Assembly (NCBI GenBank): GCA_964596325.1
Contig: CAZQSQ010000001.1
Coordinates: 69,070-127,755, forward strand
Reading direction: 5' to 3'
DNA: 58,686 bases
Source: an uncultured Candidatus Saccharibacteria bacterium
GTDB taxonomy: Bacteria; Patescibacteriota; Minisyncoccia; Minisyncoccales; JAGOPM01
A model generated the notes under the pieces. The model did not search any database. It was not told the origin of the DNA and saw only the letters and a program-made list of their open reading frames with translations. Positions 46,301-54,777 of this stretch are shown here, piece after piece; within the stretch, counting starts at the first letter, position 1; every line of letters begins with the position of its first letter. A program made the translations under genes and the position numbers.

Positions 46301-49300
46301 AGCGAATATCGCTAAAGCTGGCCGTCATATGCAAGCTGGGCAGATTTGCACAATCCTTACTGCAATTAGCCGCAGTTTCTCCTTTGGCCGTATCACAAGT
46401 GCCATTACCACAGCAATGCTTAACCCTCATGCTCAAAGGCAAGAAAGCCGTACCGCCAACCACGGTTCTACCGGTATCAGAAGTAAATGTTTGCACCGTA
46501 TATTTGCCAAAACTGAAAGTGAATGGGTTGGAAGTCAAAATGCTTGGTGTTGTCGGAATAGTGTAATTGGGCAGCCTGACATTGATGGTTTCGCCCGAAG
46601 CAACGCTAATACCGGAAATTGTAATGGAATATCCCGGGGTCTGAGTATTAATATTCCAGAATGCCGGCGCCGTAGTCCTAACGATTCTGCCGTTTTGCAT
46701 ATAAAGCACGTCCATTGAAACATTCTGGCCGAAAATCGGCTTGCCGTTGAATGGGACAAACTTCATCAAAATTTTGACGCACCTGCCAGTCGCTTCACTG
46801 CCTAGCGGAACCTTGCAATTAGTTGAAAGGTTCATACCTGAGGCCACTTGGCATTCGCCAGTAGTTTTGCAATCAGCCGGTGTAGTGAAATTAGAGCTCA
46901 GCCCTCCCTCATTATTGGCATCGACCTCGTATAAATATTTAGTATTGAGAGCCAAATCGCTGAATCTGGCCGTGTATTGGGCCGGATTGCCAATCGTTTC
47001 GCCGGCTCGCTTTGTAGCGATTTTCCGGCCTTGCGCATCAAAAAGCGTAACATTAACGACTGCATTATCAAGAGTGTATTTACCCATGGTTAAAACATCG
47101 CAATAAATATCCACCCCGGGCTTTTCGGTTATATCAATGCAGTGATTCTGCACAGTGCACTTGGAAAATGCCATAGGACCCTTGCTCCCGCACTGCTGAT
47201 TGGCTGTTATGGAATTGCCTCCGCAGTAGAGACCATCTTTGCAATTACCCACCCCTGCTTCGTCTTCACAAGCTTTTTTGTAGACATTGGGCATTTGCAC
47301 GCACTTTTGGGCAGCGTCACAATAAGAATAATTGGATCTTCCGACGCACTTAGAATCCTTGTCGTAGTTGGAAGTACCCCCGCAATATAAGCCATCTTTG
47401 CAGTTGCCCGCGCCTGCTTCGTCTTCGCAGGCTTTTTTGTAAACGTTAGACATCTGTATACAGCTGCCTAAAGAATTGCAATACGAGTAATTTCCCTTTT
47501 GCTCCTGTCTGCAAATTCCATTCGGAGAAACGGCTGATCCGCCGCAATAAGCCACGGGCATGCAATTACCCACCCCTGCCTCATCTTCGCAGGCTTTTTT
47601 GTAGACATTGGGCATATTGATGCAACTGCCTTGAGCGTTGCAATAAGAATAGCTTCCCCTTTGGGCGCAATTTTCAAATTCCACTGGGGAAGAAATATAT
47701 CTTCGCCCAAGCACATTGCCTAAGACCGAGCTACCCGGCTCGTAAAATATTTGGCCGGGGGCACGACAGAAGTCACTGGTGCATTTTACCTTATAAATAA
47801 CAGTCTTTGCCGCGCTATCGTTAGTCAATATTCCGATATTTTGCGCAATAATCGTATCTTGGCCGCTGGGAATCAAAGTGGCTCCGCTTGGCGCGGCGCC
47901 ATCATAAGCGATGCTGCGCCCGCCATAAAGGACAAAATTGGAAATTAATCCAGTGCCCTTTGTTTGCCCTTGGCAAATGGAATCCTCGCCCTCGCAAACA
48001 AATGATAATTTAACATCAGCCGTACAATCACCGGTTTTTGTGGCATCAACATTAACCACCACTCCTCCGGGGACGCGGCACTCTTTATTGCAAGAACCGT
48101 TAGTGTAGCATTTATTGCCGTCAGGAAGCTTGCCAGTTGCCTTGCACGAATTAATTGCACTTAAATCATAAACCTGCGTGCACTTCGGGCCGCAAGCAAA
48201 ATATCCCGTGCATTTACTATTAGCATCGGCGAAACTTGTGCCTCCGCAATAAGAACCATCTTTGCAGTTGCCAGCGCCCGCTTCGTCTTCGCAAGCTTTT
48301 TTGTAGACGTTATTCATGGCAAGGCATTTGCCATAAGCATCGCAGTAGGAATAGTTGCCTAGGGAAGCGCAACCAGCGCAAAGATTGCGCGGATCAATAG
48401 TAATCGTGGCATTGTCCGGCCCGTATTCAGCCTTAAATGTATAAGTCCGAGTAAAGTCTTTTATATCGGTAATATAAACTTTGGCTTGGCCTTGGTAATC
48501 GGTCGGAATGTTTGTCGGATAATACGACGGATTATCTGGCATGGAAATTTTCACGTAACCACCGCCAACCGGCTGAGTTCCTTTGGTCAGAGTAATGACA
48601 TACCAGCCCTCAAATTTGCACCGCGTACACTTTTCGGCAAAAGCCGGATCGCGGGTAATCTTTACGGAATATCCTCCGCCGCATCTTAAATCCTTATCAG
48701 AAGAACTTCCGCCGCAGTATAAACCATTGATGCAATTTCCCTTGCCCGCTTCGTCTTCGCAGGCAATCTTATAAACTCCGGGCATAGAAATGCATTTCCC
48801 GGTCGAAGCGCAGTATGAATAATCACCTTTTTGCTCGCCGGAACATTGCGCATTGGCGTCAACCGCATTTGTTTTAGAGCAATATTGCCCGGGCCAACAA
48901 GTGCCATGCTCGTTTCTGCAAAGACTCTCGCGGATGGTTGCGCTCTTGCATTGGGTTTTACCCAAAGACGCATCGTATTGGCACCAAGATAATAATTTAG
49001 GAGACTCGCAAGCCGCGTTCATATCATACTGGCTCGTGCCGCCGCAATATAAACCTGTTTTACAATTGCCCACGCCTGCCTCGTCTTCACAAGCTTTTTT
49101 CAAAACATTGGACATGGGGACACAGGTACCGTTAACACTACAGTAAGAATAATTGGCCTTTTGGGCGCACATTGAACTGGCAGTATAAGAAGTGCCGCCA
49201 CAGTACAAACCGTCCTTACAATTACCCACGCCTGCTTCGTCCTCACAAGCCTTCTTTACGACGTTAGACATCTGTACACAAGCGCCACTAATGTTGCAAT

Positions 49301-52103
49301 AAGAATAATTGGCTTTCTGAACACACATCGAACTGGCAGTATAAGAGGTGCCACCACAGTATAAGCCGTCTTTACAATTACCCACACCAGCTTCATCTTC
49401 ACAAGCCTTCTTTACGACATTAGACATTGGGACGCAGCCGCCAGCAGTATTGCAATAGGAATAATTTCCTCTTTGAGCGCATTTAGAATCCTTGTCGTAG
49501 TAAGAGGTGCCGCCGCAGTACTTCCCGATATAACATATACCGTGTTCATCCCGGCACGTGCCTTCAGCTATATAGGCAGTTTGGCAAATACCGCTAACGC
49601 ACCAAGACATATCCTTTTTAACAACACATTTGGAATCCTTATCATAGTTGGAGGTGCCGCCGCAATATAAACCTGTTTTGCAATTACCCACGCCCGCTTC
49701 GTCTTCGCAGGCAGCTTTCAAGACATTGGGCATCTGCACGCAAGTGCCCAAAGAACTGCAATAGGAGTAATTGGCTTTTTGGGCGCACATTGAGCTGGCG
49801 GTATAAGAGGTGCCACCACAGTATAAGCCGTCTTTACAATTGCCTACGCCTGCTTCGTCCTCACAGGCGGCCTTGGCAACATTTTGCATCGGAATACAAG
49901 CTCCGCTGGCACTACAATATGAATAGTTTCCTTTCTGGACGCATTTGGAGTTTTTATCGTAGTAGGAAGTGCCGCCGCAATATTTTCCTAAGATACAGGA
50001 ACCATGTTCATCCCGACAAGTGCCTTCGGCCAGATAGGCGGTTTGGCAAATACCATTGGCATCACACCAAGAAAGATCTTTTTTGATAGCACACCTGGAA
50101 TCCTTATCGTAGTAAGAGGTGCCGCCGCAGTATTTTCCGGCATAGCATGTGCCATACTCGTCGCGGCAAGCCTGTTCACCTATAAAAGATGTTTTGCAAA
50201 TTCCCGAAACATCACACCAAGACATATCTTTTGCGCAGGCATTCTGGCAAGTAGAATCGTTTGCATAACAAATTTGATTCGCACTTGAAAGACCATTGCT
50301 CGCGCACAATAACTTGTCGTTTAAGCTCGTAATCGGCTGGCAACCGCTTGTATTGGAGCACCCGTAATACTTATTGCAATCCGACGGGCAGTTAGTTTGA
50401 GTCTCTCCAGCATCGCAAATGCCATCCCGATCGCATGTCGTCGGCTTTTTGCAGGTATTAGCGCAAGTAGAATCGTTTTTATAACAAGTACGACCGGTGC
50501 AAGAAGCTAAAGCAATCTTATCGCAATATTGGCCATTACCATCGGCATAATTATAACAAGAATAATAAGTGTCCGTGGGCGGGGCCTCTTTGCAATTAGC
50601 GCAAACAGTTCTCGGATCAATAGTGGCCTGAGCCGTAGCTGTGCCGTAATCCACCTTAACCGTATAAGTAGTTGTCAAACTCGCCAAATTGGTAATCGTA
50701 ATAGTATAAGTGCCATCGGAGGCAGTTTTTACCTCATAAGAAGAACCGCTAGGTGTTGTCACGGTCACATAACCGCTCAGCGGATTACTACTACCGTCCT
50801 TTAAGGTAATTTTGAATTGGCCGGAATAATTGCAGTTCGGATAAGTGCCGCAGGTAGGTGTGCCAACAGCAGTAATGGAAAGGCTCGGGCCCGCCGCTTG
50901 CGGAGTATTAAATTTCCCAGCCGAAGAAAGCGTGACCTTGCCAGTGCTAATTTCCTTAACTACAAAATAAACTTCATAAGAAGTGCCGGCCACAAGGTTG
51001 CTACCGTCACTTTGATAAGTGTAAGAAGTTCCGGATTTCTTCGTTGAGTCAAGATCAATAGTTTTTCCACCGCCAATAACCCTAAATAACCCGCTATAAT
51101 CACTAGTCAAAGCGCTCTTGGCGCCAGTACTATCTTCCAGCCAAGCATCAGCCTCAAAATGAGCGGATGTTTTGGTGATATTGGAAATAGAAGGCGTCGT
51201 AACTTTGACCGACTTACTCGCAGTTGAGCAAGTAGAGATAGTCGTAATAATCGTATCAGTTCCCGCATTGCCCTCTGTTCCGGAATTATTAGTAGCATAG
51301 GCTCTAAACTTATAAGTGGAGGCCTTTTGCAGCCCTTTAATGGTCGCGCAGCAGTCCTTAGCTACACTGTCATAAGTGCCAGTATAAGATACGCCGCCAA
51401 AAACAATCTTGCAGGAACTTATGGATCCGCCGTTACCCGTATCAGTGATATAGCCGCAAACCTCTACACTATCCACCTTGCCAGTCTGGGTATTGCAAGT
51501 GCCAAGCGCATTGGAGTAGGACTTGTTTTTGACAAGCGGGGCGCCACAGATACGAAAAGGCCTAGAGTAAATATTGGCCACATCGGAAGGCTGGGCGGCA
51601 CAAATTTCAGTCCTGGAAAAAGCGACCCAAATCTTGCACACATAGCCGGCATAATTGTTTATACTCCAATTATAAGATAAACTGGTGGCCGTCCCCAATT
51701 TTTGGCAACTGCCTATTTGCCCGGAATAAGACCCATCACCATAATAAGTCAAATAACTTTCGGTCGAGTCCCAAAAAGAGGAGCCGGGCACGCAAGTATA
51801 CCAAACGTTGGCTGCTTTAAGTGTGTAGCCTGCCGAATCTTTAAGGGGATTGGTAAAGCTGACTGCCACGCCTCTTCCACCCGAAGTCGGAATAGGCACG
51901 CAACCAGAGCTCATTAAGCTCTTATTAGTACTGGCCGTATTAACAGCCGAGTCAACCATATTGGATTGCCCGATATTAAATCCCTTGAATCCGGATTTCA
52001 GGGTTGAGTCGACTCCCCCGAAACCAAGCGCAGTTTGTGGTAAAACCCACAACGCAACAATCAGCAAAGTTATCTTTGCTATTTGCTTAAAAATATTTTG
52101 CAT
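43323..52103 (-). CDS. Giant secreted protein (2926 aa) built from more than 15 tandem Cys-rich modules of about 50 aa, plus Ig-like domains.
   Basis: Single uninterrupted ORF with signal peptide MQNIFKQIAKITLLIVALWVLPQTALG. The recurring module is YSYC-x4-C-x2-M-x-NV-x-K-ACEDEAGVGNCKDGLYCGGTSY-x6-C. Repeated ...TITIDPRNLCAGC / ATIDPRTVCANC beta-sandwich units are also present. The DNA-level repeats make the many short antisense ORFs in the track spurious. Confidence 0.8.
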   Translation of the reverse strand: MQNIFKQIAKITLLIVALWVLPQTALGFGGVDSTLKSGFKGFNIGQSNMVDSAVNTASTNKSLMSSGCVPIPTSGGRGVAVSFTNPLKDSAGYTLKAANVWYTCVPGSSFWDSTESYLTYYGDGSYSGQIGSCQKLGTATSLSYNWSINNYAGYVCKIWVAFSRTEICAAQPSDVANIYSRPFRICGAPLVKNKSYSNALGTCNTQTGKVDSVEVCGYITDTGNGGSISSCKIVFGGVSYTGTYDSVAKDCCATIKGLQKASTYKFRAYATNNSGTEGNAGTDTIITTISTCSTASKSVKVTTPSISNITKTSAHFEADAWLEDSTGAKSALTSDYSGLFRVIGGGKTIDLDSTKKSGTSYTYQSDGSNLVAGTSYEVYFVVKEISTGKVTLSSAGKFNTPQAAGPSLSITAVGTPTCGTYPNCNYSGQFKITLKDGSSNPLSGYVTVTTPSGSSYEVKTASDGTYTITITNLASLTTTYTVKVDYGTATAQATIDPRTVCANCKEAPPTDTYYSCYNYADGNGQYCDKIALASCTGRTCYKNDSTCANTCKKPTTCDRDGICDAGETQTNCPSDCNKYYGCSNTSGCQPITSLNDKLLCASNGLSSANQICYANDSTCQNACAKDMSWCDVSGICKTSFIGEQACRDEYGTCYAGKYCGGTSYYDKDSRCAIKKDLSWCDANGICQTAYLAEGTCRDEHGSCILGKYCGGTSYYDKNSKCVQKGNYSYCSASGACIPMQNVAKAACEDEAGVGNCKDGLYCGGTSYTASSMCAQKANYSYCSSLGTCVQMPNVLKAACEDEAGVGNCKTGLYCGGTSNYDKDSKCVVKKDMSWCVSGICQTAYIAEGTCRDEHGICYIGKYCGGTSYYDKDSKCAQRGNYSYCNTAGGCVPMSNVVKKACEDEAGVGNCKDGLYCGGTSYTASSMCVQKANYSYCNISGACVQMSNVVKKACEDEAGVGNCKDGLYCGGTSYTASSMCAQKANYSYCSVNGTCVPMSNVLKKACEDEAGVGNCKTGLYCGGTSQYDMNAACESPKLLSWCQYDASLGKTQCKSATIRESLCRNEHGTCWPGQYCSKTNAVDANAQCSGEQKGDYSYCASTGKCISMPGVYKIACEDEAGKGNCINGLYCGGSSSDKDLRCGGGYSVKITRDPAFAEKCTRCKFEGWYVITLTKGTQPVGGGYVKISMPDNPSYYPTNIPTDYQGQAKVYITDIKDFTRTYTFKAEYGPDNATITIDPRNLCAGCASLGNYSYCDAYGKCLAMNNVYKKACEDEAGAGNCKDGSYCGGTSFADANSKCTGYFACGPKCTQVYDLSAINSCKATGKLPDGNKCYTNGSCNKECRVPGGVVVNVDATKTGDCTADVKLSFVCEGEDSICQGQTKGTGLISNFVLYGGRSIAYDGAAPSGATLIPSGQDTIIAQNIGILTNDSAAKTVIYKVKCTSDFCRAPGQIFYEPGSSVLGNVLGRRYISSPVEFENCAQRGSYSYCNAQGSCINMPNVYKKACEDEAGVGNCMPVAYCGGSAVSPNGICRQEQKGNYSYCNSLGSCIQMSNVYKKACEDEAGAGNCKDGLYCGGTSNYDKDSKCVGRSNYSYCDAAQKCVQMPNVYKKACEDEAGVGNCKDGLYCGGNSITANQQCGSKGPMAFSKCTVQNHCIDITEKPGVDIYCDVLTMGKYTLDNAVVNVTLFDAQGRKIATKRAGETIGNPAQYTARFSDLALNTKYLYEVDANNEGGLSSNFTTPADCKTTGECQVASGMNLSTNCKVPLGSEATGRCVKILMKFVPFNGKPIFGQNVSMDVLYMQNGRIVRTTAPAFWNINTQTPGYSITISGISVASGETINVRLPNYTIPTTPSILTSNPFTFSFGKYTVQTFTSDTGRTVVGGTAFLPLSMRVKHCCGNGTCDTAKGETAANCSKDCANLPSLHMTASFSDIRCADGKNFSTKVNVNLKEAAIAEKFVSGAKISYAIPGTIFSDFVEISSPTDSLGNTWISMSAPITTYTGKEIQFKYNNAQTNLSFAAIEEACKNWQGDYTIKAWMTDVKCLDTQTGKYQANIKAQVFDANGKLVQDAWPEFNLGPSRFQGIEHPTASNGYTSTLLGLINDDVSISIDVSYKNAKVSVNPSIEAKNCLSACVGDFGNEALQVKAIAPATCVNGKLTLTGEVISATGKIKDAWFNVSGFAGRAMEPLHVSQMPTKANPVFTYTGDCSSLKEGQLYFVEAAVQDCKTAVAKGGMQFIPKKEGASVLLKFVDSKINKVSAAGIKPESAEGSITFSITAIGGDAYFPIRASVAPSAYSFSVKTSSGESHPKFDSTIGCDAEIKGDYYLVREGTTKKCAVAFAFTAFKNAFYQATIDYISWNNGQTDLFYQESTLKDSFGTSPLNSQFKTQMIYLNYGAAEAGGKIVRADVVTFGKDDCTQELNISLTCSLKADTCRNASVKLFLNPDVVDTSASGSIVEVPVNDFQDQTIVKYQVKVKKNSGAILLAGKSSAVASGQTVVQLVNGATNFNAQSCEIIRQCIKEGEAMVVGAGSDLPCCTGLVEFYDSSNVLCEKCGKDGQSPLTGAGKCCEGFELKNDVCVKKVDLSTCIKEGEVVKANQTCCEKLAPISQGMTGIKKCTNTCGRGDDDNIWQQIDGFKVSQRCYNKTSYFVEYNPVCNEYAVSITGSNLDNGKAAQTSFKSEEEADKKAKEVLNGWASNPNYRSASNCECYKGVGIFYTYQPVGFGAYYSLKLREGVGRFSFDREHSQLNYLKKNIIDAMPEKFENNQCGAGMETKSDCGCSKGCSQVCGKVLSSAGSYDYQTFDDKCQMEAAKYILSNEGPCLEAGGLRVMIKSATSGDGGSKMQAQIIGAKAGTAANYKPQFILYPCDNKAIAIEMGRAGTKVDSKGIYSFNPDYLFLKNSGFCVGARIYVNGKPVDSANPIPFK

Positions 52104-52175
52104 ATTTAATTTTAATGTATTGATTTTTATTATAAGGCTATATATTTATTTTCCCCAAAATTATTATCCACAATG

Positions 52176-54332
52176 TTATTTGACGTTTGCAAAAATTATT
52201 GTCGGAAGGCTTCTCAAGTTGGCATTGGTATATCCGTTGCTTCCCGTATACACTTGCCCATTGCGATAAACAAAGGAGGATCCGCCGCCATCCATATCAA
52301 AAGCATCGGTTATTCCGATCTTTTTTAAGAAGGGAACCAATAAATAGGGGTAAGTTTCCGTAGAGACATAAATAAAATAAGCCGTATTTTTGTTGCGATT
52401 TATTCCAAATACCGAGCGCGGCGCCGGATACCCAAGTGCATCAGTATTAATCAAGCCATCGGCCGAGCTGGGATTATTGGAGCTTAAAACCGTTTGACCA
52501 TTTTTCAACAAGGTCGGCTGGCCGCTAAAAATATATTTGCAGGTTTTCCATCTAGCCAAATTCGCCTCATTGTATTGAGCGGGATTCCATTGTAAAGAAA
52601 CCGGCATGCCAACCCTTAAACACCCTTTGCTGTCTTTGGAACAATCCGTTTTGGAAGAATATCTCCCGCTGAAAGCCATGGCATAGCCACCCTTGGGAAT
52701 TGAGCAGGGACCGACTTTGACAGCCGTAATTTTTCCATTAGCAACCGAAATGCAGGTGTGCCTTACATTTGAAGGTGTGGCATTACCCCATTCCTCGGTG
52801 TAAACATTCACATCATTTGACCCCAGTTGCGCATTAACATCAGAGGCGCCAATATTATTTTTACTTGCTGGGAAATTAGGAGAATTAATTTTCAGGTCCA
52901 AAGAAACCCGGAGTCTGGCAATTTCAAATGTTCCATCCTGATGCATACAAAATGCACTGCCGCCACGGTAATAACGAATAAGCTTCCCATTGCGAGCAAA
53001 GGTGCCATCCGGCAACAAATAATAATCCGAGCGGAAATTATTATTAAAAAATAATCCGGTCATGCCTGCGTCCACGCCGGCATTGCGGGCGACTGTCCCT
53101 GGAGCCGCCCCCTTAAAGAGCCTATTCTCCACAAGCCACAAGCCAATTTCGGCACTTGCCTTGTCGGAATTATCTATAACTACATATCTTCCCGAGAGCC
53201 CATTCTCGTCAATGTTTTTGAAAGTAATTACATTGGCTGGTTTTGATGGAATATTTTTTCCAGTAGTGCAGTCGTCAATCTTGCCCTGATCCGAACCCTT
53301 GGAAACCTTCCCTGTCTTGTCCTGCAGCCTTATTTCAAAGCAATACCTAGCATCGGTGGGCAATCCTTCGGCCACGCCGGACAAATTGGCCGAAGCATTC
53401 AGCCTGTCCTTTACCCCGAGATACTTATAAAACTTCTCGTTTTGCGGCTGACTGCAAAGATAACCCAGAATCCAAGCCTTGGCCGGAGTGCCGGAGCCGG
53501 GATTTTCGATATTACCCTGCACTGAAATTGTTGTGCCGCTAGCCGAACACTTTATATCTCCAAATTTCACACTTGCGGGTTTCGGGACTGCCTGTTCTTT
53601 GGTAGTCTTTTTAATCTGAACATCAATTAAATATTTGCTTTTCAAAAATAAATTGGGATAGAAAATCTCCACTTTGCCGTTTTGGCGGAAAATTCTCTTG
53701 CCTAAAGAAAAAACTAAACTTGTTTTATCCAAAGGCTTCACGCTCAGCTCCGCCTCCACATCTTGCCCGGCTTTAATGTTACGCGCATCGGCATTGATTT
53801 CTGTCCCGGCCGAGCCACTCCAATAACGAACCACCTCGATTTCCGGTTCCCCGCTGGCGCAAATGTAAAATGGTCGGGTATTCTCAAAATATTTGTTACT
53901 GTTCCGATCCACTAGCCAAACCTTGCATACCTGCCCGGCAAAATCCTCCAAATTAAAATTAAATTCGGGGCTGGTAAAATTTCCCGGAAAAGAGTAATTA
54001 GAGCGGAATAAAACTTTCTCGCTCGCCACATCCCCATTCAAAGCAAAATAGCTGCTATTCACGCAGGCAAGACGAAACTGGATATTTTTGAAAGGCAGCG
54101 GCTTCTTCAGATTAAACTTTACAAAATTCTGCCCATTATAAGCGCAGCCATCAAGGGCTTTATATTTTGTCGCAGCCGTAGAGATGGAAACATCCTTGAT
54201 TTCATTTCCGATCTGGATTGAAGAGATGTAGTCATTTAAGGTTCCGCTAAAACCCAAAGAGGTTTTTGGGAATACCATAAAACCAAATATCGCCAACGCG
54301 AAAAAAATTTTCGGAATGTTAATCCCCCTCAT
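52176..54332 (-). CDS. Secreted protein with a C-terminal phosphodiester glycosidase (DUF2233/NAGPA-like) domain.
   Basis: Signal peptide MRGINIPKIFFALAIFGFMVFPKTSLG. The C-terminal ...GINRNKNTAYFIYVS...AFDMDGGGSSFVY... contains the DGGGS motif characteristic of DUF2233. Confidence 0.55.
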   Translation of the reverse strand: MRGINIPKIFFALAIFGFMVFPKTSLGFSGTLNDYISSIQIGNEIKDVSISTAATKYKALDGCAYNGQNFVKFNLKKPLPFKNIQFRLACVNSSYFALNGDVASEKVLFRSNYSFPGNFTSPEFNFNLEDFAGQVCKVWLVDRNSNKYFENTRPFYICASGEPEIEVVRYWSGSAGTEINADARNIKAGQDVEAELSVKPLDKTSLVFSLGKRIFRQNGKVEIFYPNLFLKSKYLIDVQIKKTTKEQAVPKPASVKFGDIKCSASGTTISVQGNIENPGSGTPAKAWILGYLCSQPQNEKFYKYLGVKDRLNASANLSGVAEGLPTDARYCFEIRLQDKTGKVSKGSDQGKIDDCTTGKNIPSKPANVITFKNIDENGLSGRYVVIDNSDKASAEIGLWLVENRLFKGAAPGTVARNAGVDAGMTGLFFNNNFRSDYYLLPDGTFARNGKLIRYYRGGSAFCMHQDGTFEIARLRVSLDLKINSPNFPASKNNIGASDVNAQLGSNDVNVYTEEWGNATPSNVRHTCISVANGKITAVKVGPCSIPKGGYAMAFSGRYSSKTDCSKDSKGCLRVGMPVSLQWNPAQYNEANLARWKTCKYIFSGQPTLLKNGQTVLSSNNPSSADGLINTDALGYPAPRSVFGINRNKNTAYFIYVSTETYPYLLVPFLKKIGITDAFDMDGGGSSFVYRNGQVYTGSNGYTNANLRSLPTIIFANVK

Positions 54333-54465
54333 GTATATATATTTGCTTTAATTATAAAGAAATTTTTCCAAGACAACAAACAATTAGCAGTGGAAAACTG
54401 TTAAAAATCAACCCCTTAACGGCAACACCTGAAATTTTCCAAGGCTAACTGATTGCCAAAACAAA

Positions 54466-54487
54466 GAGCCGGGAATACTCGGCTCTT
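54466..54487. terminator. Hairpin that may terminate the vWA gene (minus) or an unannotated transcript.
   Basis: AGAGCCG-GGAATACT-CGGCTCT, followed by TTTTATGATTTG on the plus strand and TTTGTTTTGG on the minus strand. Confidence 0.35.
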
Positions 54488-54530
54488 TTATGATTTGAAA
54501 TTCGGATTTAATTTTCGAATCTTCCCCTTA

Positions 54531-54610
54531 TTTGACACTTGGATTTAATCTTTGTCCCATGTTTTTTATTTGCCATTTGTCCTTTGACATTTGGATTTGT
54601 CCTCTGTCCT
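54531..54610. repeat. Intergenic direct repeats: two copies of TTTGACAyTTGGATTT plus 3-4 copies of TTGTCC.
   Basis: TTTGACACTTGGATTT at 54531-54546 and TTTGACATTTGGATTT at 54584-54599, matching 15 of 16 positions. TTGTCC occurs at about 54552, 54577, 54597 and 54605. The array lies in a 445-bp non-coding gap. Confidence 0.6.
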
Positions 54611-54777
54611 CTATTTCTTAATATTTCCCCTTTTGGCCAATGATCTCTTGCTCATATGCGATATCCCTTGGCTTTGCCGGGGCGGTTTAGCAGTCTGCTG
54701 ATAGCGCGAGTTATTAGAAAATCTTCCCTTAGGGGACAAAGGATGCAATGTTGATGGTATTTTGGCCATAATAAATA

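Noticed and set aside
46900-50500. Regularly spaced DNA repeats that might be mistaken for a CRISPR array.
   Set aside because: The repeats are in frame inside a continuous protein-coding ORF, are about 150 bp rather than 28-37 bp, and have no unique spacers or leader.
44494-51917. Dozens of short ORFs (60-155 aa) on both strands inside the 2926-aa gene.
   Set aside because: They are products of the tandem DNA repeats and the Gly/Cys/Thr-rich coding bias. The single long minus-strand frame is uninterrupted and has a signal peptide.
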